From: Myxococcales bacterium
GTDB taxonomy: Bacteria; Myxococcota_A; UBA9042
Length of the DNA stretch: 64,000 nucleotides
Reading direction: 5' to 3'
Assembly: GCA_009692465.1 (NCBI GenBank)
Contig: SHZD01000005.1
Location: 689-64,688 of the forward strand
Shown one piece after another: positions 47,794-58,600 of this stretch (position 1 is the first letter of the stretch; the number at the start of each line of letters is the position of its first letter). The notes beneath the pieces are model-generated. The model had not been told where the DNA came from and made no database searches. It saw only the letters and a list, made by a program, of their open reading frames with translations. A program made the translations under genes and the position numbers.

Positions 47794-47873
47794 GTGCTGG
47801 TTCTGGGTGCCTGCTGGTTCTGGGTGCCTGCTGGTTCTGGGTGCCTGCTGGTTCTGGGTGCCTGCTGGTTCGG
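47794..47873. repeat. 17-bp tandem repeat x about 4.7 (ctgctggttctgggtgc), 20 bp upstream of the secE start codon
   Basis: Read directly. Not a multiple of 3, so it is noncoding 5' UTR or promoter sequence. Confidence 0.9.
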
Positions 47874-48361
47874 GCCAGGTTTGGGCAATTCAGGTCGGAG
47901 CTAGGAGCGTGTCGGAGTATTCCAACCCGCTCCTAGCGCCGTCTGGCTAGACGGCGGCAACTGTCCGAAACTGCACGGATTCACTCCGGGCAGTTCTCGG
48001 ACAGTTGAGAATAGTTGACTGGCTAGGAGCCTGTCAGATCGTAATAGATTCATCGTGTATAACCTGATAGACATTTCACAACCGATTGATTTCCGACAGG
48101 CTCCTAGCGCGGCACGTGGGTCAGCCGTCCTGTGTTTCTGCCAGCTACCCACGCAATGCGGCGGTTCGATTGCGGTCCAGTACTGAGTCAAGTCTGGGCC
48201 CCAGTGCGAGGTCAAACTTAGGCGGTTACAGACTCAAACTCGGGCCACCACAGCGTCAAACTTGCGGTTGCTCCAACCGTTCGCCGCTGAACCGTGAACG
48301 GCACAGGCTCGCCCTACCAGCGGCAACCGAGGCCTTGGCAAATTCGCCAGCGTTTTCGCCG

Positions 48362-48437
48362 GCAGGCCAGGCGGGATTCGAACCCACAACCCGCAGATTT
48401 GGAGTCTGCCGCTCTACCGTTAGAGCTACTGGCCTGC
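48362..48437 (-). tRNA. tRNA-Trp (anticodon CCA)
   Basis: The minus-strand sequence gcaggccagtagctctaacggtagagcggcagactCCAaatctgcgggttgtgggttcgaatcccgcctggcctgc folds as a cloverleaf. Canonical position between rpmG and secE. Confidence 0.9.
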
Positions 48438-48526
48438 GGATGGCCTGCTGCATGGAGCAGGCCGACGACCGCACCGCAAATCGCGAGAACGCAACGCCGA
48501 ACGGCGCCAATTCCTCACCGACTGGG

Positions 48527-48706
48527 CTACTTGGTTTCCTTGTGGTCCGTGTGCTTGCGCTCAAAACGACAGTACTTCTTGAACATCAGTCGACCAGGCT
48601 TGGTCTTCTTGTTCTTGCTAGTCGTGTAGCGCGAAACGCCGGGCACACCGCTTGAGCGGCAGCTTTGGCATTCCAAGTGGATGATGGAGCGATTTGATTG
48701 AGCCAT
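48527..48706 (-). CDS. rpmG: 50S ribosomal protein L33
   Basis: Translated by hand: MAQSNRSIIHLECQSCRSSGVPGVSRYTTSKNKKTKPGRLMFKKYCRFERKHTDHKETK (59 aa). Absent from the ORF track because it is under 60 aa. Confidence 0.9.
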   Translation of the reverse strand: MAQSNRSIIHLECQSCRSSGVPGVSRYTTSKNKKTKPGRLMFKKYCRFERKHTDHKETK

Positions 48707-48877
48707 TTTGCCTCCGGCGCGGTGGCCGCTACCAGGATATCAGCGGGGTGCGCCGATTGGGGGCGCTCTGCGAGAGTGTCAACGCTGAGCGCCGCAAGCA
48801 GCGCCGCCCCAGCCGGGGTAGCGTTGCCTGCGGCAGTCAGCGCCCAATTGTCGCCCACCGAAGCGGGCGCAGGGCGG

Positions 48878-50071
48878 CTACTTTTCCTTGCTGATCTCAG
48901 CCACGACGCCGGCGCCGACGGTGCGGCCGCCTTCGCGAATGGCAAAGCGCATACCAGTTTCCATGGCCACCGGGTGGATGAGCTTGACCATCAACTCCAC
49001 TTTGTCGCCCGGCTTGACCATCTCAACGCCTTCGAGCAAGTCGATGTCGCCGGTGATGTCGGCGGTGCCGAAGTAGAACTGCGGCCGATAGCCCTTGAAG
49101 AACGGCTTGTTGCGGCCGCCTTCGTCTTTGGACAACACGTACACCGAAGCCTTAAAGGTGGTGTGCGGGGTGACCGAACCCGGCTTGCACAAGGACTGAC
49201 CGCGCTCGACGTCGTCGCGCTTGACACCGCGCAACAGCGCCCCGAGATTGTCGCCGGCTTGGCCCTGCTCCACAACTTTGTGAAACATTTCAATGCCGGT
49301 AACCACGGTCTTGATGGTCGGCTTGATACCGACAATCTCGACTTCCTCATTGAGCTTGATGGTACCGCGATCGACGCGCCCGGTGACCACGGTACCGCGG
49401 CCCGAAATCGTCATCACGTCTTCAACCGGCATCAGAAACGGCTTGTCGAACTGGCGCACCGGCTCGGGGATGAAGGTGTCGAGCGCCTCCATCAGGGCGT
49501 CGATCGACGCCGAACCGAACTTGCTGTTGACCCCGTTGAGGGCCTCCAGAGCTGAGCCCTGCACGATCGGCGCATTGTCGCCGTCGAACTCGTACTTGCT
49601 CAACAATTCACGCAGTTCCATGTCGACCAATTCGAGCAGGTCGGGATCGGCGGCGTCGCATTTGTTCAGGTAGACCACCATCTTGGGCACGCCAACCTGC
49701 CGAGCCAGCAGCACGTGCTCCTTGGTCTGCGGCATCGGGCCGTCGGTGGCAGCGCACACCAGAATCGCGCCGTCCATTTGCGCCGCGCCGGTAATCATAT
49801 TCTTGATGTAGTCGGCGTGGCCGGGACAATCGACGTGGGCATAGTGGCGCTTGATGGTCTCGTATTCCACGTGTGCGGTCGAAATCGTGATGCCGCGCGC
49901 CTTTTCTTCAGGCGTCTTGTCGATCTCGTCGAACGACTTTGCCTTACCCAGGCCTTTTGCAGCTTGGTGCTTGGTAATCGCCGCCGTCAGCGTGGTCTTG
50001 CCGTGGTCGACGTGGCCGATGGTTCCCACGTTGACGTGGGGTTTGTTGCGTTCGAATTTGGCCTTGGCCAT
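48878..50071 (-). CDS. tuf: elongation factor Tu
   Basis: [33 protein letters not shown]... is a full-length EF-Tu. Confidence 0.98.
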   Translation of the reverse strand: MAKAKFERNKPHVNVGTIGHVDHGKTTLTAAITKHQAAKGLGKAKSFDEIDKTPEEKARGITISTAHVEYETIKRHYAHVDCPGHADYIKNMITGAAQMDGAILVCAATDGPMPQTKEHVLLARQVGVPKMVVYLNKCDAADPDLLELVDMELRELLSKYEFDGDNAPIVQGSALEALNGVNSKFGSASIDALMEALDTFIPEPVRQFDKPFLMPVEDVMTISGRGTVVTGRVDRGTIKLNEEVEIVGIKPTIKTVVTGIEMFHKVVEQGQAGDNLGALLRGVKRDDVERGQSLCKPGSVTPHTTFKASVYVLSKDEGGRNKPFFKGYRPQFYFGTADITGDIDLLEGVEMVKPGDKVELMVKLIHPVAMETGMRFAIREGGRTVGAGVVAEISKEK

Positions 50072-50229
50072 GACGAAAATCCTCCCGCCAACAGGTGGCG
50101 TATGCTAAAGAAACCGAAAACTTCAACTACGAACATCGGAAACTGACGATTCGCAACGGCGCCTTTGGCAATTGCCCAAGATCACTCCCGAGCATCGCCT
50201 CAGTTTGCCGGACAGCAGGGCACCCGCCC

Positions 50230-50305
<76 letters not shown>

Positions 50306-50595
50306 AACACCGCGTCGGCCGCGGCGCTCGCATTCGCACTCCACTTCAGCGGTCCCCTAACTGGCGTTCGAGGCACTGGCAACCTGTGCGCGAAGCACTG
50401 GCCGCAGGGTGAAATGAAGGCCCCATCCTTGGCTAGACAGGTGATTTGGACCCAACCAGACACCAGCGCAGCTGCGACCCACTTGCCAGCATTGCTGCTA
50501 GGTCGCTGGCGAGGGTTGGCCGCCACTTTTGGCACCGATTGTCTCCGCGAAGGCGACAGTGTTGGTGCAAGCACTGAGAATTATTGAGCACCACG

Positions 50596-50669
50596 GAGCG
50601 GGAAACGGGGTTCGAACCCGCGACATTCAGCTTGGAAGGCTGACGCTCTACCAACTGAGCTACTCCCGC
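50596..50669 (-). tRNA. tRNA-Gly (anticodon TCC)
   Basis: gcgggagtagctcagttggtagagcgtcagccttCCaagctgaatgtcgcgggttcgaaccccgtttcccgct on the minus strand. Confidence 0.9.
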
Positions 50670-50702
50670 AAACCGAGTTACGGTGCGCGACAGGGTCACG
50701 CG

Positions 50703-50786
50703 GTGGAGGGTGGTGGATTTGAACCACCGTAGGCTAATGCCGGCAGATTTACAGTCTGCTCCGATTGACCACTCCGGCAACCCTCC
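50703..50786 (-). tRNA. tRNA-Tyr (anticodon GTA), long variable arm
   Basis: ggagggttgccggagtggtcaatcggagcagactGTAaatctgccggcattagcctacggtggttcaaatccaccaccctcca on the minus strand. Confidence 0.9.
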
Positions 50787-50868
50787 TACGAGTCTTGGTC
50801 TCTCAATGTGTGCGGCGGCGCGCAAGTCAACCCCAGAGCCGAGCTGGCACCCGTGTGCGACCTGAACT

Positions 50869-50908
50869 GCACCCGACTCTCACCCGACTCTCACCCGACT
50901 CTCACCAC
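50869..50908. repeat. 12-bp tandem repeat x3 (cacccgactct-) in the tRNA-Tyr / tRNA-Thr spacer
   Basis: Read directly from the sequence. Confidence 0.85.
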
Positions 50909-51066
50909 AACAGAGGCTTGTTCGTGACTGGCCGTCATCATGATTGGCGCCAGGACCAGCGAAGGCGACGTGTGCAACGGCCAATGCCCCTGCCCGCGCC
51001 GGACCCAACGAGTCTCGCCGGTTACGCGCCGGCCGCCGAGCCGCAGCCGTTTGGTCGGTGTGGGCC

Positions 51067-51143
51067 GGAGCTGGCGATGGGACTTGAACCCGCAACCTGC
51101 TGATTACAAATCAGCTGCTCTGCCAATTGAGCTACGCCAGCGC
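51067..51143 (-). tRNA. tRNA-Thr (anticodon TGT)
   Basis: gcgctggcgtagctcaattggcagagcagctgatttGTaatcagcaggttgcgggttcaagtcccatcgccagctc on the minus strand. The Thr-Tyr-Gly-Thr-tuf order matches E. coli thrU-tyrU-glyT-thrT-tufB. Confidence 0.9.
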
Positions 51144-51174
51144 TGGAAAGCCAACAGAATCATGAGCTTGGCCG

Positions 51175-51446
51175 CTTGCCCTGCCCTGCCTTGCCCTGCG
51201 TTGCCATGCTCAGCCTTGCGACTGTCATTTTTGCAACTGTCGAGATAACAGTCGAGGTCGCTCTTGCCCAGACCCAATTTAGTCCGAGTCCTGCCAGATT
51301 TAGTCCGAGTCCTGCCAGATTTAGTCCGAGTCCTGCCAGATTTAGTCCGAGTCCTGCCAGATTCAGTCCGAGTCCTGCCAGATTCAGTCCGAGTCCTGCC
51401 AAAATGCGCCTAGATCCGGCCAGAATCAGTTTAAGTCCTGCCAGAA
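51175..51446. repeat. pentamer repeat (ttgcc/ctgcc x7, 51175-51210), then a 21-bp tandem repeat (tttagtccgagtcctgccaga) x6 plus 2 degenerate copies (51278-51446), upstream of the tRNA-tuf operon
   Basis: Read directly. Located between the rlmB 3' end and the first tRNA of the operon. Confidence 0.9.
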
Positions 51447-51567
51447 TCTGTGGTTGTATGGTGCCAAAACCGGTGACCGCGCACGGCGGGCCAGTTCGGG
51501 GCCGCGGATTTTACAGGAGGTCACGCGCAAGGTCAACGCGATTCGCCCAAGTTTTGACCCGTCGCCC

Positions 51568-52866
51568 TCAACGCTGGGCGCGCGCCAGATGCAACGCCAG
51601 AGTCGCGAACGCCGATACATTAAGCGATTGCATGTCGGAACTACCAGAAAGCTTAACGACTTCGTCACAACGCTTGCGGACCAGAGGACGAATTCCTCCG
51701 CCTTCAGCCCCAAGCACCAGCGCCGTGATCGGGGCGAACCGGTAGGTGGCCAGATCGATACTCGAAGCATCCAGGCCTGTGCCGACCACAAACACCCCGC
51801 GCTCCTGCAATATCTGAAGAGTTCTCGCTAGATTGACCACGCGAACGACCGGCACACTGGCCGTGGCGCCGCGCGAAATCCGTTCGACCACGGGCGTCAC
51901 TCCGGCGGCACGATCTTGTGGAATAATGACACCGTGCACGCCAAAAAAGGCCGCTGAGCGCAAGATCGCCCCCAGGTTGCGCGGGTCCGTGATCGAATCG
52001 AGCACCAGCAACAAAGTTCCATCGGCACAGCCCTGCGGCGGCGCGATCGCGTCGAGATCGGCATAGTGAAATTCGACAACTTGCGCTGCAACTCCCTGAG
52101 GATTAGCTGGATCATCAAAAGCTGGCGGTTCGCGCTCAACTACGGCCACTTTCTTGGCTGCGGCAACGGTGTGAATTTGTGCGCAAAGGCGCGGATCGCG
52201 CGACCACAAGATGACTTGCAGAACGCGCTGGGGGGCACGCTCGACCAACGCCAGCACCGCGTGGATACCGGTCACCCAGTCCGCGGGTGGCCCATTGTGT
52301 TCGCGGGGGCTGGTCAAGTGGGGACTGTGGCCGCGATCGTTGTGGTCGCGACTGGGCCCACCACGGTCGCGCCAATCCCCGCCGCCTGCTCCGGGCCTAG
52401 AGTTTGGACGCCACGGGCCACGGTCGCGATCGCTGCGCTGGCGGTCGTGGCTATCACTACTTGAGCGGTCCGGGCTGTTACCGCGTTCTCGATCCGGGCT
52501 GTTACCGCGTTCTCGATCCGGGCTGTTACCGCGTTCTCGATCCGGGCTGTTACCGCGTTCTCGATCCGGGCTGGCACTGCCGGGGCGATCACGGCGGTCG
52601 CGATCGTTGCGGTCGCGGTCAGCGGAACCGCGGCCTGGTGAGGCGCTGCGGCGCTCATCGGGACCCGCACTGCCCGCGCGATCGCGGTCAGCGCCCCGAG
52701 GCGGCACCGGCGGATGTCCAGAGCCCTGCGGCGGATGTCCAGGGCGCTGCGGCGGATGTCCAGGGCGCTGCGGCGAGCGGTCGAATCGATTCGCCCCACG
52801 GCGATCGTCAGGGGGCCGATCCATGGCTGCCTCCGGTGCGTGCGGCATCTCGAGCCGCGTTTTCAA
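51568..52866 (-). CDS. rlmB: 23S rRNA (guanosine-2'-O)-methyltransferase RlmB (SpoU family) with a roughly 185-aa Arg/Asp/Pro-rich N-terminal low-complexity extension
   Basis: SpoU core TLLLVLDSITDPRNLGAILRSAAFFGVHGVIIP...LVLGAEGGGIRPLV. The N-terminal tail contains 4x DRERGNSP, encoded by a 24-bp tandem repeat at about 52440-52575. Confidence 0.8.
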   Translation of the reverse strand: MKTRLEMPHAPEAAMDRPPDDRRGANRFDRSPQRPGHPPQRPGHPPQGSGHPPVPPRGADRDRAGSAGPDERRSASPGRGSADRDRNDRDRRDRPGSASPDRERGNSPDRERGNSPDRERGNSPDRERGNSPDRSSSDSHDRQRSDRDRGPWRPNSRPGAGGGDWRDRGGPSRDHNDRGHSPHLTSPREHNGPPADWVTGIHAVLALVERAPQRVLQVILWSRDPRLCAQIHTVAAAKKVAVVEREPPAFDDPANPQGVAAQVVEFHYADLDAIAPPQGCADGTLLLVLDSITDPRNLGAILRSAAFFGVHGVIIPQDRAAGVTPVVERISRGATASVPVVRVVNLARTLQILQERGVFVVGTGLDASSIDLATYRFAPITALVLGAEGGGIRPLVRKRCDEVVKLSGSSDMQSLNVSAFATLALHLARAQR

Positions 52867-53548
52867 TCATTTCCAAAATCTCAAGTGCTGCTTGCCGGGG
52901 GTCCGCGGCGGCGACAATCGGCCGACCCACCACCAGAATCGAGGCACCGCGGGCTAGCGCATCCACCGCCGATAGCGTGCGCACTTGATCATCGCCTGCA
53001 GTTGCGCCGCGAATGCCCGGCGTTACCCGCAGGAATTCGGGTGGCAAATCGTGCACGAGCGCCAACTCGCGCGCGGACAGGACGGCGCCATGCAAACCAC
53101 AGTCGCGGGCCAACTGGCAGCGCTGACGAACAATGTCCGCAAGTTGGCCGCCATGACCCGACTGGTCCAAGTCGGTCTGTTGCAGGCTGGTCAGCACCGA
53201 AACGGCGACTAATTTTGTCTGACCCCGGGCCGCATCCGCAGCGGCTTGCAACATCGCCGCCCCACCGGCGGCATGAACCGTCAGCAACGCCGCGTCCAAT
53301 CGGTTGATTGCGCGGACCGCAAGCTGCACTTGATGGGGAATATCATGCAACTTCAGATCGAGAAACACCGGCAACCGCGCCTGATGCAAGTGGTATACCA
53401 CCGCTGGGCCGACGGCGCAGAATAGGGACAACCCGACCTTGGCCAAAATGGGCAGGCCGTCCAAGGCGTCGATGATCGGCTCCAACGGTTCAAGCGCCGG
53501 AGCGTCGAGCGCCACCGCTAACCGCGGCAAACCGTGAGTGAAACTCAC
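52808..53548 (-). CDS. pyrF: orotidine 5'-phosphate decarboxylase
   Basis: LAVALDAP...FLDLKLHDIPHQV...ILVVGRPIVAAADP are PyrF signatures. Confidence 0.8.
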   Translation of the reverse strand: MSFTHGLPRLAVALDAPALEPLEPIIDALDGLPILAKVGLSLFCAVGPAVVYHLHQARLPVFLDLKLHDIPHQVQLAVRAINRLDAALLTVHAAGGAAMLQAAADAARGQTKLVAVSVLTSLQQTDLDQSGHGGQLADIVRQRCQLARDCGLHGAVLSARELALVHDLPPEFLRVTPGIRGATAGDDQVRTLSAVDALARGASILVVGRPIVAAADPRQAALEILEMIENAARDAARTGGSHGSAP

Positions 53549-55296
53549 GGCAGCAGACTTGAAGAGGACAGAGCCGAGCCGGCACGAGCGATCGTCAATG
53601 CAGCGGCGAGGCGGTCAATCAGGCCGTCGATCGCGACCTCGAACTTGTCGCCGCTATGGCGCAGCTTGAGCTCGACCACCCGCTCGGCGGCGCGTTTGCC
53701 GACGATGACCTGCACGGGATAACCGATGAGATCGGCGTCGTTGAACTTGATGCCAGGCCGCTCATCGCGGTCATCGATCACGGCTTGGACACCCGCCTGC
53801 AGCAACTCGGCATAGACCTGCTCGGCGATCTCGGCGGCCGGACCTGCGATCGCCATGGGCAGCACCGCGACTTCATACGGAGCCAGCGCGACTGGCCACC
53901 GGATTCCGCGGGCGTCGTGGTTCTGCTCGATGGCGGCAGCCAGAATTCGGGTGACCCCAATTCCATAGCAGCCCATTTCGAAAACGGCTTGCTTGCCGGA
54001 CTCATCCAGAAACGTCGCCTGCATGGCCTCAGAGTACTTGGTGCCCAAATAGAAGACGTGACCGACCTCTATCCCGCGAAAGCTGCGCAACCGCCCGCTG
54101 CAGCGCGAACACGGGTCGCCGGCGACAGCCATGCGCAAATCCGCAAACTGCACATGCCGCAAATCGCGGCTGGGCACCACGTTGACTACATGGTGCTGCT
54201 TGCGGTTGGCGCCACATGCAGCTGTCGGCATGGCCTTGATTTCGCTGTCCGCAACCATCTTGACCGGCGTTGGGTCGAGCGCGCCAACGTAGCCCGGCGG
54301 CAGGCCGGTGGTCTGAGCGAACCATTGGGCATCCGCCAATACCAAGGCCTTGCAGCCAAGGACCTTCTTAATCTTGATTTCGTTCACTTCGCGATCGCCA
54401 CGGACGAAAGCGACCGCGGGCTGGTCATCGGCCATGTACAACACAGCCTTAATGGTCTGGTCCGCCGCGCAACCGAGGAATTGACAAAGACTTTCAATGC
54501 TTTTTGCCCCAGGGGTCTCCACCAATTTGGCCGGACCTACCTGTGGGGCGCCGTCAATAGGCACCCAAAACCCCGGATCGGACAGTGGCGCTTTCTCGAC
54601 ATTGGCCGCAAATTCACAGGTGTCACAGGCGACAATGGCGTCTTCGCCCGCTTCCGCTAGCACCTGAAATTCATGGGACATGGAACCACCGATATTACCG
54701 GTGTCGGCTTCCACGGGTCGAAAATCCAGGCCCAACCGCGAAAAAATTCGGTTATAGGCAGCGAACATCTTCTGGTAGGACTGATGCGCGCCAGCCACGT
54801 CGGCGTCAAACGAATAGGCATCTTTCATGACGAATTCGCGACCGCGCAGTAGCCCCGCGCGCGGGCGCATCTCATCGCGAAATTTGGTCTGAATCTGATA
54901 CAGATTGACGGGCAATTGCTTGTAACTGCGAATATCCTTGCGGGCCAGGTCGACTACAACTTCTTCGTGGGTCGGGCCGACGCAATAATCCGCCTGCTTG
55001 CGATCCTGAAGCCGAAGCAATTCAGGACCATAGACTTTCCAGCGCCCCGACTCTTGCCACAACTCGGCTGGAATGATGGCCGGCATAAAAACTTCGTGGG
55101 CCCCAGCGCGGTCCATTTCCTCGCGGATAATCGCTTTGACTTTCTTGAGGCTGCGCACGCCCAAGGGCAGAAAACTGTAGATGCCGGCGGCAAGGCGTCG
55201 AATGTAGCCTGCGCGCACCAACAACTGATGCGACACCGTTTCAGCGTCCTTGGGCGCCTCGCGCAGAGTTGGAACGTGTAAACTCTTGATACGCAT
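53545..55296 (-). CDS. proS: proline--tRNA ligase
   Basis: The N-terminus MRIKSLHVPTLREAPKDAETVSHQLLVRAGYIRRLAAGIYSFLPLG is canonical bacterial ProRS, with class II motifs and an editing insertion. Confidence 0.93.
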   Translation of the reverse strand: MRIKSLHVPTLREAPKDAETVSHQLLVRAGYIRRLAAGIYSFLPLGVRSLKKVKAIIREEMDRAGAHEVFMPAIIPAELWQESGRWKVYGPELLRLQDRKQADYCVGPTHEEVVVDLARKDIRSYKQLPVNLYQIQTKFRDEMRPRAGLLRGREFVMKDAYSFDADVAGAHQSYQKMFAAYNRIFSRLGLDFRPVEADTGNIGGSMSHEFQVLAEAGEDAIVACDTCEFAANVEKAPLSDPGFWVPIDGAPQVGPAKLVETPGAKSIESLCQFLGCAADQTIKAVLYMADDQPAVAFVRGDREVNEIKIKKVLGCKALVLADAQWFAQTTGLPPGYVGALDPTPVKMVADSEIKAMPTAACGANRKQHHVVNVVPSRDLRHVQFADLRMAVAGDPCSRCSGRLRSFRGIEVGHVFYLGTKYSEAMQATFLDESGKQAVFEMGCYGIGVTRILAAAIEQNHDARGIRWPVALAPYEVAVLPMAIAGPAAEIAEQVYAELLQAGVQAVIDDRDERPGIKFNDADLIGYPVQVIVGKRAAERVVELKLRHSGDKFEVAIDGLIDRLAAALTIARAGSALSSSSLLP

Positions 55297-55690
55297 TACT
55301 AGTTCACCAATCGCTTCTTGAGGTCTAGGCCATTGTCAACTGGCCGACAGGCGTTGCCCAACCGAATCAAAGCTTGATAGCGGGCTATGCTAGTCGAACT
55401 GCACTTGGGCTCGGCTTGCACACGCGGCCAAACGTCGGGTCGCCAGCTTGCAGCGCGTTGATCGGACCAGCACCGTCTTGACCGGCAACTGCAGGGCCCA
55501 AGCGGTGCTCGATCGGCTGATATCCCGGTGGAGAACGGGCCGAGCGCAGCGATTCAGGCGGCACAAGAGAGCCCTTCTGAATGCCGAGTGAGCCCGCGTG
55601 CGCAAAGTACCCACTTTTGCCAGTGAGCCAAGTGTGCCGTTTCGCTGGCTGTGCAGCATTGGCGGGCTGCCTCTGCTCGACCAATTGCTG

Positions 55691-58600
55691 CTAGTTATCA
55701 AACACTTCGTGCATCGTGCGCGTAATATCCAGCAGCGACACCCGAAATTGGTACTCGGAGAAAAGGTAGTTGTCCTGCAACTGGGCCAACTGCTTCCATT
55801 TCTTCAACTCGGCCTCCGCCAACTGCACGGCGAGGAACCCCGGATTGAGGGTGTCTTTGGCCACCCGCGGCGCAATGTAGGTCTTGCCCGACAACGGATC
55901 CGTAAAGGTAGCGATGTCTTCGGGAGCCAAGCTGGCCGGCAGGTCGACTTTGGCATGGTGACCGTCCAAGAACACCCGCGACACATCCAAGTACGAGCGG
56001 CTAAAGCCCTTATACAACACGGCCATCCCGTAATAGGCAGCCTGAAGCGGCATGCGGAAGCGACTGGACGGGAATGTCGGCCGGCCATCGGGGAACACGT
56101 CGTACTTGAGACAGCCTTCTTTTTCCGCATCTGTCGCCGCCGCGGCAAACGTCGAACAGGCCTTGGCCGTGTTGGCCACGCCGGTGCCTACCCAATTGCG
56201 GCGCTTGAGCGAGTCGCTCTTGCTATCCTTGCCGCGCACGATTTGCCAGCCGTAATAGGTGGCGTCTTCCACCGAAATCGCCGCCAGCAAGTTGGTCAGT
56301 TGGCGCGGAAACACGTTGTAATAGCTGACTAGAAACCGGCGGGTATCCTCGGATTCATTAAAGCCGATACGCCCGTACATGGTCGGGTCGGCCAACATCG
56401 TCAGCGCAGCCAAGCGATCGTAAATCTGGCCACCGCTCTCGGGCCGAGTGACGTAGCCGTTGTAGTCCCAGCTCGGGTACAGCGGCCGGCAGCCCATGCG
56501 CTCGTCAATCAACCGCGTATCGGTGAACTGGGCTTGGTCGACGTTGGTGTACGGTTCAAAGCGGCCCTTGGTCGAATTAAACCCGTAGTAGCCGCAAGAT
56601 GGCCGCGCCATGACCTGAGCCAAGGTGTTGAAGCCGAGCAATGTCGAGTAGGCACCCGGCAAGCCGCCGTTGATATCCGCGTTGTAATCTTGGCCAAATT
56701 TCTTGGTCCACCAGTCGTTTTTCTCGTACATGGAGAAGTCGACGGCCCAGTACTGGAACTGGCGCGTGACCCGCCAAAATGCGCCCTGTACGCGGGACGA
56801 ATAGGTCTGCGGATGGAACGTCTCGCTGTCGCGGCTGTAGCCGTAGAACCACCAGTAATTCTCGTAGTCATCCAAGGCATTGCGAGTGATTTCATAGGCG
56901 TCCGCGCCCTCGTCACCAGTCGCACAGGACGGCGTGTAGCCGTTGTATTCGTCGGAGCAGAACCGATACGGCACCTCAACCACACTGTCGTCGCGGCAAA
57001 ACTTGTCGTCACCAAAGGGCAGACACTTCTTGCCACCGGTGCATTGATTATCTGCGCTGCAGCGATCCCCGTGCAATTGGCTCCACGGCACATCTTTGCG
57101 CTTGTGGATCTGCTCCACGCCGCCAAAGTAGGCAGGTAGCGCCGACCAGTGCAACCGCCGGTTGAGGATATTGACATCGGTATTGCCGTCGTGGCGGACC
57201 ATCTTGAGGCCCGGGGTGGTCATTTCTGGCGTCTCCAGGTACTTGCTTGCGGCAACCAGCGGACCCGCGCCGTCCGGATCAGCCGTCAGTTTGGCTGGGG
57301 CCAAACCGTCAAAAACCTCGATCAGATTGCCGTAGCCGAACTTGATCGCAGCGCGGTCATAATAGCCGACCCCGGCGTCGCGCCCATTGAATTTGGCGGT
57401 ATAGTCCATCACCGACGCCAACTGCATCTCGCGAACTCCGCCCAGCGCCTGCTCAGGCGTGTCGGGCATCAAAGCGTGAAAGTCGTCCGGCGTCTCGGTC
57501 TTGGCATTGGGCTTGCGCTTGAGATTCCAGTAGTTCTTGTGGAAGTTCATCGCGTCAGTGGAAGCCTCAAAATTGTGGCGCAGACCCAAGGTGTGGCCCA
57601 CTTCGTGCTCCTGGGTGCCGAGGTAAATCCGCTTCCACAGCGCCAACTTGAACTTCTCACGCAGTTGGAACGTCAGGTCGCGCCCCAACTCTTGAGTCTT
57701 GCGCAATCTGGCGTCGGCGGTTGCCGTGTACAGCGGCCCGGGCAACTGGTTGACCTGCTCCAAACCAGGGTAGTTGGCATTGGCCACATTGAGCGCCAAC
57801 CGAATTTTTTGCATCAGCACCGGAGTGGCGCAGTCCGCCCACTGGGCTTTGCCGGAGCTGGCTTGGGCACAAACTCGGCCCTTGCCAGCGCCAAACGATT
57901 GGAATTCACCTAATTGAGCGCAATCACCACCGGCCGCAGCGGCGAAGTGGTCGGACAACGTCGTGTCTGGCTCCTTGGCGTACATTTGGCAAAACGCTTG
58001 GTCGTATTGCACGCCGTACTGAGCCGCCAATCCAAGCAAGGCATTGTCCGCAAAATCGGCAAAGTGGATGGTCTTGGTCCCCAGATCATGGATGGCCTTC
58101 TCGCGGCTGGCGATCGCAGCCTTATGATTCCACGACGCCAAGCTGAACTGCGAAAGTTGGTCCTTGGTCAGCTTCTTGGGGGTCTTGTCCTTGCTGAACA
58201 TCGCGCGCGGATCGCGAAACAGCGCGGCAATTGTATGGCCGTCGTCGTCGCCAGCGAGCATGGCGTCGAGCTCAGGCGCTTTCTTGATCATGTTGAAGCG
58301 CGACTGCGCCCAAAAGCCGCCGTTGTCATCGTGAGGCAGCCCGGTGGTCAGCAGAGTTTGGCGCACGTCGGGATCGACCATGCCCTTGACCGCGGCCCGG
58401 ACCTGCTCCAGAGACTGCGGTTCGTCCTTGCGTGGAGTGGGAGCGTCCAAAGTCGCCGCGATCAACTTGGCTGAATGAAAGGTCTTTTCAGCGGCCCGCC
58501 GCACATCATTGACGTCCTTGACGCCGCTGAGGAGCTCGATCGTTTGCAACGCGGACTCGGCGCCCAATTTCATCACGCCGACGTAGGCATGGGCACTGGC

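Noticed and set aside
51176-51745. Plus-strand 189-aa ORF across the 21-bp repeat array (FSPSPAR repeats)
   Set aside because: The product is only the repeat translated. It sits in the tRNA operon upstream spacer with no RBS support.
52211-52988. Plus-strand ORFs with (GCYRVLDP)n and (SRSGLLPR)n repeats
   Set aside because: Alternative-frame translations of the 24-bp repeat inside the rlmB N-terminal extension.
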